From: Dehalococcoidia bacterium
GTDB lineage: Bacteria > Chloroflexota > Dehalococcoidia > Lucifugimonadales > UBA3495
Direction: 5' to 3'
NCBI GenBank assembly: GCA_022451925.1
Contig: JAKUNL010000021.1
Coordinates: forward strand, 1-45,563
Length of the DNA: 45,563 bases
Shown: one piece after another, positions 18,765-28,223 of the stretch
Numbering within the stretch: position 1 is the stretch's first letter
Layout: each line of letters starts with the position of its first letter
Notes under the pieces: generated by a model
Databases searched by the model: none
Told to the model about the DNA's origin: nothing
What the model saw: the letters and a program-made list of their open reading frames with translations, nothing else
Position numbers and translations under genes: made by a program

Positions 18765-19559
18765 ATGTTCGTACGTCGTGATCTAACAGATACCGTACCC
18801 ACACCATCGGGAAACATGCACTTCGTAAAAAAAGGGAGTGGCTATCCCGTTGTTCTCCTCCACCCTCTCGGCACATCTACTTGGACGTGGGAAGGTGTAA
18901 TTGACAGAATCAGCCAAAATTACACCTGTTACGCTTTCGACATGCTGGGACACGGCAATTCCGACAAACCGAACCGACACTTCAACTTGCCAGATTACGC
19001 CCAAGCTTTAGACCATGCCTGTCAGGTTCTGAACATCCACAGAGCCCACTTAGTAGGTAACTCTGTGGGCGCAGTATTGGCCACGGAGACTGCCGCTAGT
19101 TTCCCGGAACGCGTGGACAAAATGGTGCTAGTGGGATGCCCTGTCTATGACCCTCATACCGCAAAAGACCGATTGAAGGCAGGTGCAAACCAGTTCGACC
19201 CCAATGGTATTCCAAAGCCAAGAACCCTAAAGGGCCTGAAAGAGGCCACAACCTTTGCCAATCCTCGCCAAGAATGGCTTGATGCCAACAACCAGAGTCG
19301 CGCCAAAGCGGGAGTATGGGTCAGTAAGCTGACTGAGGCTCTATCATACTACGACCTTAAGTCACGACTCCCCATGGTCAAAGCTTCATCCACTATGGTG
19401 CTCTACGGCGAGGTTGACCGGCTGGGTGAGGGAGCTGGATTGTTGGTGAACAACATCACCAACGCACAATCGGTGGTTCTACCTGGTGTTGGGCACATCC
19501 CTCAAGTGGAAGACCCAGAAGCATTCCTAGAAGTAGTCTTGCCCTTTCTTGAGGCCTAG
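18765..19559 (+). CDS. Alpha/beta hydrolase
   Basis: VVLLH, DMLGHGNS, GNSVG nucleophile, GEVD and GHIPQVE motifs; AGGAG RBS. Confidence 0.92.
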   Translation: MFVRRDLTDTVPTPSGNMHFVKKGSGYPVVLLHPLGTSTWTWEGVIDRISQNYTCYAFDMLGHGNSDKPNRHFNLPDYAQALDHACQVLNIHRAHLVGNSVGAVLATETAASFPERVDKMVLVGCPVYDPHTAKDRLKAGANQFDPNGIPKPRTLKGLKEATTFANPRQEWLDANNQSRAKAGVWVSKLTEALSYYDLKSRLPMVKASSTMVLYGEVDRLGEGAGLLVNNITNAQSVVLPGVGHIPQVEDPEAFLEVVLPFLEA

Positions 19560-19612
19560 AAGAAACTAGAGCTTATTATTTTCATTGAACACGGTCACAA
19601 AAAGGAGATACG

Positions 19613-20551
19613 TTGGCTTCCAAGAGTAACAAGCAGCCCCTGAGGCTACTGGAGGTCATACGAACTCTGTTCTACACTCCTATCTACGTCTCAGTGGCTG
19701 GCGGATTCCTTGAGAAAGAGGGATTGGACGTAGACTTTAAGACCTGCCCTCAAGAGTTTGGTCATCCCATAAACGCCCTGAACATAGGGCAAGCGGACAT
19801 CGTGCAAAGCGGTGTGATGCGCTGCATTATCGCCTCCGATTGGGGTGCAGAGACGGTTCCTAAACACTTCGCCGAGGTTAATTCGAGAGACGGGTTCTTT
19901 GTCATCAGCCGGACCAAACAGGATCCGTTCCTATGGGAGTCTCTGAAAGGCGCAAATCTCATCCCGGTAGATTTCTCCCCTATGCCATGGGGCTCGTTGC
20001 AAACCGCGCTACGCAGGCACAACATCAACCCTGCCGACATCAACCTACTCACGGGGCTAAACATCAACGACGCCATGGCTGCGTTCCGGGCCGGTGAAGC
20101 CGAGTTTATCCACCTGCCCCAACCATTTGCGGAAGAGATACTAGAAGAGGGTTCAGGCCACGTCGTCATAGCAGTCGGTCCGGAAAATGGACACGTATGC
20201 TTCAGTTCCTTCGCCGCGACAAACCACTACCTAGACACCCATCCGGATACCGTGCACCGGTTCACCGTAGGCTACGCCAATGCATTAAAATGGCTGACTG
20301 CTCATGATCCTTCAGAGGTTGGGACTGCCGTAAAAGAATTCTTCCCAGACGTCAGCTTGGAATTGGTCATCAAGTCTGTAACCAGGCTGAAAAATCAAGA
20401 CAATTGGCCCTCCGATCCAACCATCACCGAGGCCTCCTACCAAGGCTTACACGACATTTTACTCAATTCCGGAATGGCCAAGTTGCAACAACCTTATAGC
20501 AAGGTTATTCGCACTGACATCGCGGAAACAGCGCTGGCTTCCCGTAAGTAA
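19613..20551 (+). CDS. NMT1/THI5-like type 2 periplasmic-binding-fold protein
   Basis: FYTPIYV..GF.EKEGLDV start, ADI, PQPFA and HPD.V.RF patterns of the SsuA/THI5 family; AAGGAG RBS, TTG start. Confidence 0.8.
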   Translation: MASKSNKQPLRLLEVIRTLFYTPIYVSVAGGFLEKEGLDVDFKTCPQEFGHPINALNIGQADIVQSGVMRCIIASDWGAETVPKHFAEVNSRDGFFVISRTKQDPFLWESLKGANLIPVDFSPMPWGSLQTALRRHNINPADINLLTGLNINDAMAAFRAGEAEFIHLPQPFAEEILEEGSGHVVIAVGPENGHVCFSSFAATNHYLDTHPDTVHRFTVGYANALKWLTAHDPSEVGTAVKEFFPDVSLELVIKSVTRLKNQDNWPSDPTITEASYQGLHDILLNSGMAKLQQPYSKVIRTDIAETALASRK

Positions 20552-20714
20552 ACAGCGCACCCAAACTCCATTGAGGAAGCATGCAAGTCGTCTTGGTGGC
20601 CCAGGTTTCTGGCAAACATCTAATGGTGTAAGATAGATTCCCAGGTTAGTTGGCGAACTTATCCCATTCTACGCTGGCTCGCCCCGTATCCACTGGGGAT
20701 CACCGGAGGACCAT

Positions 20715-21728
20715 TTGACTACCATAACCATCGTCGGCACAGGACTTATGGGCACATCCCTTGCCCTGGCAATTAAAAACTCAAACCTTGAAGTAGACGT
20801 AGTCGGCACAGACTACGATAGTTCCGCACGTTCCGGCGCTCAGAAATCCGGTGGATTCAACAAAGTTGAATCCCAACTCTCCAATGCTATCAGAGGGGCC
20901 GACGTGGTGGTATTTGCCACCCCGGTTATGGCAATGAAAGAGATGATGGAAGCCGCCTCAGAAGACTTTGAACAAGGTTGTGTTGTAACAGACATCGGCA
21001 GTTCCAAAAAGGCAGTATTAGAGTGGGCGGAGGAAGTCCTACCAGAACACGTAAGTTTTGTAGGCGGTCACCCAATGGCGGGCAGAGAAAAATCGGGTCC
21101 TCAGAATGCAGACCCCACCATGTTCAAAGGCAAACCCTACTGCATCATTCCCAGCGTCACTGCCCAAAAATCAGCAGTTTCCTCAATTACTACCTTGGCT
21201 GAATCCATCGGAGCCAAACCCTTCTTTATTGGCGTTGAAGAGCATGACAGTTTTGTAGCCGCTGCCAGCCATCTGCCTTTTATGATGTCTGTGGCATTGA
21301 TGAATTGCACCTCTAGCAGCGCAAACTGGGAAGACATTGGCCCACTGGCTTCTACTGGATTTGGTGACCTTTCGCGCTTAGCCTCTGGCGACCCCATAAT
21401 GCACCGGGACATCTGCATGACCAACGCCGAACCCATTGCCGCCTGGATCGACACCTACATCAGAGAATTGTACGACCTCCGGAATATGCTGACCAAGGAA
21501 GGCGGCCCAGACCCCGACGTCATTCAAAATATGTTTACTGAAGCCATGAATTCCCGATCCAGATGGCAGGCAGGAATATTCTCTACCATCGACCGAATAC
21601 ACGGCCCATCCCCAGACATCCCCACCTTTGCCGAGAGCATGGGAGAAATGTTCGTCGGCCGCCGAGGCATAGACGCTCAAAAGAAGATTCTTCAAGGTCT
21701 AAAGAATGACCCAGCCAAAAAAGATTAA
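20715..21728 (+). CDS. tyrA: Prephenate/arogenate dehydrogenase
   Basis: GTGLMG Rossmann motif, TDIGSSK, GGHPMAG.E, EHD...A..SHLP, G..D.SRLA; GGAGG RBS. Confidence 0.93.
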   Translation: MTTITIVGTGLMGTSLALAIKNSNLEVDVVGTDYDSSARSGAQKSGGFNKVESQLSNAIRGADVVVFATPVMAMKEMMEAASEDFEQGCVVTDIGSSKKAVLEWAEEVLPEHVSFVGGHPMAGREKSGPQNADPTMFKGKPYCIIPSVTAQKSAVSSITTLAESIGAKPFFIGVEEHDSFVAAASHLPFMMSVALMNCTSSSANWEDIGPLASTGFGDLSRLASGDPIMHRDICMTNAEPIAAWIDTYIRELYDLRNMLTKEGGPDPDVIQNMFTEAMNSRSRWQAGIFSTIDRIHGPSPDIPTFAESMGEMFVGRRGIDAQKKILQGLKNDPAKKD

Positions 21729-21779
21729 CAGGATAACCACTCACCTGTCACAACGGCTGATTGCGAGTCACAGACCCAC

Positions 21780-23123
21780 ATGACGACTGCTCCCATATCA
21801 AGTACATCGAGCGCCCCCCTGAGCATCAACCGTCCCGCATCGTTGGGAGGAGTCATATCCGTCCCTGGGGACAAGTCCATCTCTCATCGATCTATGATTC
21901 TAAACTCCATCGCCAATGGTGAGGCACTCATCCAGGGACTTTCCGACGGACAAGATGTGCTTTCCACCATGCACTGTCTCCAAGCCATGGGCGTCAGCAT
22001 AGAACCCACCGGAATAACGGGAAGCTACACAGTGAAAGGTAGGGGCTCACAGCTGGAAGAACCATCCAATATCTTGGACGCTGGCAACAGTGGAACTTCC
22101 ATGAGACTCCTTTCAGGGATTCTCGCATCCCAGTCTTTCATATCAATCATCACTGGTGACGGTTCCCTGAGAAGCCGTCCCATGCAACGAATCGTCCAAC
22201 CCCTGCAACACATGGGCGCTCAGATATTCGGCAGACAGAATGATACCCTGGCACCATTGGTCGTACGCGGCGGCAGTCTCCAAGGGATCGACTACGACTT
22301 ACCAATGGCCAGCGCCCAAGTGAAATCGGCCATAATTCTGGCAGGCCTTTCCGCAACCAGCGACACTGTTATCCACCAACCGGCTCTTTCACGCGACCAC
22401 ACCGAACGCATGATCTCAGCAATGGGCGGTAAGATTGAAGCGCATGGATTAGATCTAGTCATTCATCCGTCTGATTTAAAAGCAGTAGATATCACGGTCC
22501 CTGGAGATATCAGTTCGGCGGCATTCTGGATGGTGGCGGGTCTCTGCCACCCCTCTGCCCGAATCTTGATTAAAGGTGTGGGTCTCAACCCTAGCCGGAC
22601 AGGCATAGTAGATGTACTTACGCAGATGGGCGCAGCTGACTCTCTCAAGCTTGTTGACGAGCGTATTGAGGGCGGCGAACCAGTAGCAGACATCCTGGTT
22701 ACCTCCACAGAACTTCACGGCATTGAAATTGGTGGAGATATGATTCCCCGTATGCTAGACGAAGTGCCGATTCTAGCAGTAGCCGCCTGTTTCGCCACAG
22801 GGAATACGGTGATTCGCGATGCTACTGAGTTGCGAGTGAAGGAAACTGACCGCATCTACACAACGGTAACCGAGTTAACCCGCTTGGGAGCAGATATCAA
22901 GGCACAGGAAGACGGCATGGTTATCCGTGGCAAAGGCGCTAGAAACAGTGATATAGTCGGCGCCGAATGCCAAAGCCACGGCGACCACCGGTTAGCCATG
23001 TCCATGGCAGTCGCTGGGTTGATTGGCAATGGAGAGGTCATTATCCACGGCGCAGCCGACGCATCAGTCTCCTACCCAGAGTTCTGGCAGCACCTGGAAC
23101 TACTCACACAGGAACTCAAGTAA
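21780..23123 (+). CDS. aroA: 3-phosphoshikimate 1-carboxyvinyltransferase
   Basis: PGDKSISHR, GNSGTSMRL, RPM, ASAQVKS, RDHTE, PGDISSA, ELRVKETDR, DHRLAM, SYP.F. Confidence 0.97.
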   Translation: MTTAPISSTSSAPLSINRPASLGGVISVPGDKSISHRSMILNSIANGEALIQGLSDGQDVLSTMHCLQAMGVSIEPTGITGSYTVKGRGSQLEEPSNILDAGNSGTSMRLLSGILASQSFISIITGDGSLRSRPMQRIVQPLQHMGAQIFGRQNDTLAPLVVRGGSLQGIDYDLPMASAQVKSAIILAGLSATSDTVIHQPALSRDHTERMISAMGGKIEAHGLDLVIHPSDLKAVDITVPGDISSAAFWMVAGLCHPSARILIKGVGLNPSRTGIVDVLTQMGAADSLKLVDERIEGGEPVADILVTSTELHGIEIGGDMIPRMLDEVPILAVAACFATGNTVIRDATELRVKETDRIYTTVTELTRLGADIKAQEDGMVIRGKGARNSDIVGAECQSHGDHRLAMSMAVAGLIGNGEVIIHGAADASVSYPEFWQHLELLTQELK

Positions 23124-23128
23124 GCCGA

Positions 23129-23746
23129 ATGACCAATGAACCGGATAACGAATTCCCACCTCTATTGGTCGTTCTTTCCGGACCGTCAGGGGTTGGAAAA
23201 GACGCAGCCCTGAAAGAACTTCGCAAACTAAACCGACCCTGGCACTTCGTAGTCACTGCTACCACAAGGGACATTCGCCCAGGCGAGACGGACGGCGTAG
23301 ACTACATTTTCTTGGATAAATCAACTTTTCTCAGAATGCGGGACAACAACGAGTTCATTGAGTGTGCCGAGGTTTACGGAAACTGGTACGGTGTTCCTAG
23401 AAGCCAGGTCACAAACGCTTTGAAAGTAGGCAAAGATGTAATTCTTAAGATAGATGTTCAAGGCGCAGCCACAGTTAGGGAAATGTGCGCCGGTGCTCTA
23501 TTTATATTTATGGTTCCAGGCTCTTTTCAAGAACTGCACAACCGCCTGTCCCAGCGTATGACCGAATCCACGACTCAGATGGAATTAAGACTAAAGACCG
23601 CGGCTGACGAGATTGAGCAGGCCGGATTATTCAACGTCGAGGTGGTCAACAGCGAAAACCATCTTGACTTGGCGGTAGCTGATATCGACGCAGCAATCTC
23701 CGCCGAAAAACAGAGATTTAACCGCGTCCCCGCCAAACTCCTTTAG
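23129..23746 (+). CDS. gmk: Guanylate kinase
   Basis: SGPSGVGK, TTR..RPGE.DG.DY.F, YG, IDVQGA. Real start is ATG 23129 (MTNEP), just after aroA. Confidence 0.95.
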   Translation: MTNEPDNEFPPLLVVLSGPSGVGKDAALKELRKLNRPWHFVVTATTRDIRPGETDGVDYIFLDKSTFLRMRDNNEFIECAEVYGNWYGVPRSQVTNALKVGKDVILKIDVQGAATVREMCAGALFIFMVPGSFQELHNRLSQRMTESTTQMELRLKTAADEIEQAGLFNVEVVNSENHLDLAVADIDAAISAEKQRFNRVPAKLL

Positions 23747-23830
23747 TCGCTTTCCCAACACACAGACTTCCATGGCTATCGCCATCGAGATATAATCCCA
23801 TAATCTCAGATTCAAGTGAACGGAGTCCTC

Positions 23831-24730
23831 ATGGATCAACAGCCTCAAAAATTAGAGGTTCGACCGCGCCTTCCCGAATGGCTGAAGGTTAAGATGCCGG
23901 GTAGCCAGCGTTATCTTGAATTGCAAAAAATCATGCGCGGCCAGCGACTCCACACCGTCTGTGAAGAGGCCCACTGCCCAAACATTGGCGAATGCTGGGA
24001 CCGTGGTACAGCTACCTTCATGATTCTAGGCGATATATGCACCAGGAGTTGTCGATACTGTGCGGTTACTACCGGCCGACCCAGAGGGCTAGACCTAGAG
24101 GAGCCAAAACGGTTGGCCGAAACTGTCAAATCCATGGGCCTGCGTTACTGCGTAATCACATCGGTCAACCGGGATGATCTACCGGACGGCGGAGCTTACA
24201 TTTTCGCCTCTTGCATCACCAAGATCAAAGAATCCAGCCCTGATTGCCGTGTTGAAGTCCTAATACCCGACTTCGCCGGGTCTTGGCCAGCCCTAAAACA
24301 GGTTATCGATGCTGATCCTGCCGTGTTGAACCACAACATAGAATCAACCGTACGCATCTTCCCCAAGGTCCGCCCCAAGGGCGATTATCAACTATCTCTC
24401 GAACTATTGTCCAAATGCAAAAGTATGAACCCAAACACTGTGACCAAGTCTGGAATTATTGTTGGGATGGGGGAGAAGGTGGAAGAAGTCTTGGAAACGA
24501 TGTCCGACCTCAGGAAGGTAGATTGCGATCTCCTGACCATCGGACAATACTTGCGCCCATCGGCTCGTCATATCGCGATGGACAGATTCTACCGGCCCGA
24601 AGAATTTGAAGAACTGCGCAAAGCGGGAGAGGCCATGGGATTCAAACACGTTGCATCAGGGCCATTGGTTCGTAGCTCATACCACGCGGACGAACAACAC
24701 GATGCAGCTGCTATAGGCCTACCAATCTGA
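23831..24730 (+). CDS. lipA: Lipoyl synthase
   Basis: CEEAHCPNIGEC, CTRSCRYC radical-SAM motif, RDDL, RSSYHA; ATG 23831 after GGAG. Confidence 0.97.
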   Translation: MDQQPQKLEVRPRLPEWLKVKMPGSQRYLELQKIMRGQRLHTVCEEAHCPNIGECWDRGTATFMILGDICTRSCRYCAVTTGRPRGLDLEEPKRLAETVKSMGLRYCVITSVNRDDLPDGGAYIFASCITKIKESSPDCRVEVLIPDFAGSWPALKQVIDADPAVLNHNIESTVRIFPKVRPKGDYQLSLELLSKCKSMNPNTVTKSGIIVGMGEKVEEVLETMSDLRKVDCDLLTIGQYLRPSARHIAMDRFYRPEEFEELRKAGEAMGFKHVASGPLVRSSYHADEQHDAAAIGLPI

Positions 24731-24754
24731 CACATCAAGATTCCAATTAAAAAC

Positions 24755-24794
24755 AAAAAGAAGGCTCTTGTTTTAACACAAGAGCCTTCTTTTT
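24755..24794. terminator. Bidirectional intrinsic terminator
   Basis: Perfect AAAAAGAAGGCTCTTG / CAAGAGCCTTCTTTTT inverted repeat between convergent genes. Confidence 0.85.
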
Positions 24795-24811
24795 ATGTGA
24801 ATTTAGGTGGG

Positions 24812-25165
24812 CTAATCGCCTGTATAGGCGGCAAAGGTCTGAAATTTAATCTTCCCGTTTTGGACTATGAATGTGCCTGTACCAAGAGGGATTTCATCTC
24901 CGGCGTTCCAAATAATGTACGCCAATTCATCATGAATAGCTGCTCGATCCACAGCAAAATTCGCCATTATTCCCGGTGTGAGGCCTGGTAAAAAAGCTTC
25001 GAAAAAGCCTCTGATCCCATCCAACCCTTCTATGGAAACATCTGGAGTGACAAGAATCGAATCTTCGTCGTAGTCTTGCATTATTGCGTCCAAATTCTTG
25101 GTCTCTACGCTCTCAAGGTGGTGGTTCAATACGCCTTCCGTCTGGTCACCGGTATCGGTGGACAT
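24812..25165 (-). CDS. SnoaL/NTF2-like protein
   Basis: HH...LDAIM.DY.ED..L, G.DGIRGFF, W, GTFIVQNGKI..QT; AGGAG RBS. Confidence 0.82.
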   Translation of the reverse strand: MSTDTGDQTEGVLNHHLESVETKNLDAIMQDYDEDSILVTPDVSIEGLDGIRGFFEAFLPGLTPGIMANFAVDRAAIHDELAYIIWNAGDEIPLGTGTFIVQNGKIKFQTFAAYTGD

Positions 25166-25596
25166 ATATTGCTCCTAGTGTGTTTTTGTATCACGTTAAA
25201 TACATTCTTGCGACTTATAGATATGCCTAATCTACGAGTCTAGATACAGTGTGCCTTTCGATGCTAAAACCGAAGAAGAATTTTTGGAGCCCCAAGCGGC
25301 CTGGTAACTAAATCGGGACGATGGTTGACCACACATTCATCCACCCAGTATATTCCCATTACCTCAAAGGGATAGACCTAAGGGGTTGGTCTTAATCAAT
25401 AACCCCACCGGAAAAGCCCCAGAGTTCTTCAACAGAAGCATATCCGCAGTCCTCGAACCAGTACTCCTTCTCAAAGAACACTAAATTTGGTAAGTCCAAC
25501 GGTTATATGCAGATAACACCTTCCCTTCACTACAGATAAATTATAGAGGAAGATCAAATGGTTAACCCATTCTTGTTTAAAATACTTTGAGGAACA

Positions 25597-27162
25597 TTGC
25601 CAAATATACTGCAGAAACCAGACCTCATTATCAAAAACGTCATAGCATTGACCATGGACCCTTCTCAACCAAAAGCTGACGCGGTTGCGGTTGGTCAAGA
25701 CCGCATTTTGGCAGTAGGGGAATCGCTAGAAATTCAAGGGCTTGCAGGACCGGACACGCACATCGTAGACGGCCAAGGGCTGGCATTGCTTCCCGGGTTT
25801 ATTGACTCCCACATGCACCTACTATCGCTAGCTCGCACCACTCAGGAACTAGATTGTCGTCCAGACAAAGCACCATCCGTAGCATCCATCGCTTTCCGGG
25901 TGTTCGAGTGGGCAAGAATCGTACCTCCAGGGGAATGGGTTCGCTGTTACGGGTATGACGATCTGGCGTTAGAAGAACAGAGACACCCGAATCGTCACGA
26001 CCTAGATGAGATATCCCCGAAACACCCCGTACGTGTCGATCACCGCTCAGGGCATGCGACTGTGCTGAACAGTCTGGGTTTAAGGATAGCTGGAATCAAT
26101 GCTAATACCCCAGACCCTGTGGATGGGGTGATTGAACGGGACTCCAACGGCGAACCCACCGGTGTGCTGTTTGAGATGTATGGATTTTTGGCTGAAAGAG
26201 TGGACTTTGGACGAAGCCGTAACAAGCTATTGCAAGGTGTAACAGCAGCCAACAGGTTACTGTTGAGCTACGGCATCACATCACTGCAAGACGCAGGGCC
26301 AAATAACGGAATAGAAAGATGGCGGGGATTCCAAGAACTAGTTGATGATAAAACCCTACAAACCAGAATTACGATGATGGCTGGAGTCAGGCACCTTACT
26401 GACGTTATCGCATCAGGTTTTTCTTTTGGTGCCGGAAACGAAAAACTGCGGCTCGGCCACGTTAAATTAATGCTGAACGTCATCACCGGATCTCTACAAC
26501 CCAGCATGGAGGAATTACTACACTTAGCCACCGAGGCGACGCAATCCGGTTTTCCAGTGGCCATTCACTGCGTTGAACAAGAAGCAGTAGCGGCTGCCAC
26601 CAAGGTAATAACAAATTTGCCATCGCTGCCAGACGGAGTGCCACCCCACCGGATTGAACACTGCTCTGAATGCCCACCTGGTCTGCAAGACTTGGTGCGG
26701 CATAGCAGCGCAACCGTGGTTACCAACCCAGGTTTCATCCACTGGAACGGTCCCAGCTACAACAAGAACGTCGAAGTAGACTTGCAGCCCTACCTTTACC
26801 CTATCGGCCCGCTGGATGCAGCTGGAGTAAGCATTGCGTTTGGCTCCGACGCGCCAGTAATCGATCCGAACCCCTGGCCCGCGATATACAGCGCAGTGAC
26901 GCGCAAAGACTATAAAGGCGACCCTTTCCCTAAGTCTGGCGGACAGGCCGGCATACGCATAGAGTCGACAATTCGCATGCACACCATATCAGGTGCTCAG
27001 TCCGAAGGCACACAATCTTATAAAGGGTCAATTGCTCCCGGTAAACTAGCCGACTTAGTCTTAGTCGACGCAAACCCATTGACCATCCATCCTGAAGGCC
27101 TAAAAGAAATCAAGCCAAAGATGACCATCGTAGGAGGAAATATAGCCTGGGAAGGCCGCTAA
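25597..27162 (+). CDS. Amidohydrolase family 3 (YtcJ-like)
   Basis: LPGFIDSHMH, SGH...NS, PTG...E, GITS, AIH, RIEH, GSDAP, GSIAPGKLADLV. Confidence 0.9.
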   Translation: MPNILQKPDLIIKNVIALTMDPSQPKADAVAVGQDRILAVGESLEIQGLAGPDTHIVDGQGLALLPGFIDSHMHLLSLARTTQELDCRPDKAPSVASIAFRVFEWARIVPPGEWVRCYGYDDLALEEQRHPNRHDLDEISPKHPVRVDHRSGHATVLNSLGLRIAGINANTPDPVDGVIERDSNGEPTGVLFEMYGFLAERVDFGRSRNKLLQGVTAANRLLLSYGITSLQDAGPNNGIERWRGFQELVDDKTLQTRITMMAGVRHLTDVIASGFSFGAGNEKLRLGHVKLMLNVITGSLQPSMEELLHLATEATQSGFPVAIHCVEQEAVAAATKVITNLPSLPDGVPPHRIEHCSECPPGLQDLVRHSSATVVTNPGFIHWNGPSYNKNVEVDLQPYLYPIGPLDAAGVSIAFGSDAPVIDPNPWPAIYSAVTRKDYKGDPFPKSGGQAGIRIESTIRMHTISGAQSEGTQSYKGSIAPGKLADLVLVDANPLTIHPEGLKEIKPKMTIVGGNIAWEGR

Positions 27163-27238
27163 AAAAACGGAGCTTTACCGGCCTACGAACCAGCACTGGT
27201 GCTGGATGAATTATCCGTACAAAACTCTACTACGGTAG

Positions 27239-28222
27239 CTAGCGGCGACGGGCCGTTAGGTAGTCCGCCAGATCAAGCAGTGATTGCTTTGAAGCACAGT
27301 CAGGGAGTTTATCCAACGCGTGGCAGGCCTTGCCAATGTAGTCTTGAACTACCGATTCGCAGTCGGACATGATAGTCGAGTCGTTAATCACGTGGATGAC
27401 TTTTTGCAGCTTGGCATCATTCGTCCGGTCATTAAACAACGCCTGCACCAGATTATCATTCGGGTAACGCTCCATTAGCATGATAGTCGGCAAAGTCAGT
27501 ACCCCGTTCTTGAGGTCGTTCCCCACCGGCTTGCCCAGGTCCGACGAATCACCCTGAAAATCCAAAAGATCGTCCCGAACCTGAAACGCCATGCCAACGT
27601 TATAACCAAAGTCCCTAAGAGCCTTAACTTCCGTTTCAGAAGATTCTCCAAGAATGGCGCCAGACTCACTAGCGGTACAGAAAAGGGAAGCCGTCTTACG
27701 GTAGATACGGTCGTTATATAGCGTTCTGGCTTGGGAGGGGTCGTAAGCCGTAAAGTACTCCATCAGCTGCCCGCCGGCCAGCTCCATGATGGTCTCGGAG
27801 AAACGCCGAATAACCCTGATATTATATGTGTCACAGACAAAGGTAGCCGAAGTCGCAAAAACATAATCTCCAAATAACACCGCCACGTAAGGGCTCCAGG
27901 TGTTACTAACTGTAGCTCTACCGCGCCGAGTAGGCGAGTTATCCACCGTGTCATCGTGAATCAGTGTGGCCAGGTGCAGGAGCTCAACAGCGCTGGCCAT
28001 GATGATAGGGCGATCCGAGTCATGGTCGTGGAATTGCGCCGCCAACAAGGTGATAGCGGGGCGCACCCGTTTGCCGCCAACTTCAGTAACGTATTTAATC
28101 AATGGCTGGACAGCAGAAGTCTCAGTCTTTGACAGATTACGAAGCCTATCGTCTACTCGCAATAGGCCCTCTTGGATCGGGGAATAGATAGCTGCTGTGC
28201 GTTCGTCTAACCCGTGGAGCAT
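27239..28222 (-). CDS. Polyprenyl diphosphate synthase
   Basis: GGKRVRP, LIHDDTVD..RRG, GDY, KTASLF, FQVRDDLLD, GKPVGNDL. Likely start is ATG 28222, directly after the metG stop. Confidence 0.93.
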   Translation of the reverse strand: MLHGLDERTAAIYSPIQEGLLRVDDRLRNLSKTETSAVQPLIKYVTEVGGKRVRPAITLLAAQFHDHDSDRPIIMASAVELLHLATLIHDDTVDNSPTRRGRATVSNTWSPYVAVLFGDYVFATSATFVCDTYNIRVIRRFSETIMELAGGQLMEYFTAYDPSQARTLYNDRIYRKTASLFCTASESGAILGESSETEVKALRDFGYNVGMAFQVRDDLLDFQGDSSDLGKPVGNDLKNGVLTLPTIMLMERYPNDNLVQALFNDRTNDAKLQKVIHVINDSTIMSDCESVVQDYIGKACHALDKLPDCASKQSLLDLADYLTARRR

Positions 28223-28223
28223 A

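Noticed and set aside
22967-23128. N-terminal extension of gmk in the ORF track
   Set aside because: Overlaps the aroA 3' end; ATG 23129 gives a normal-length Gmk.
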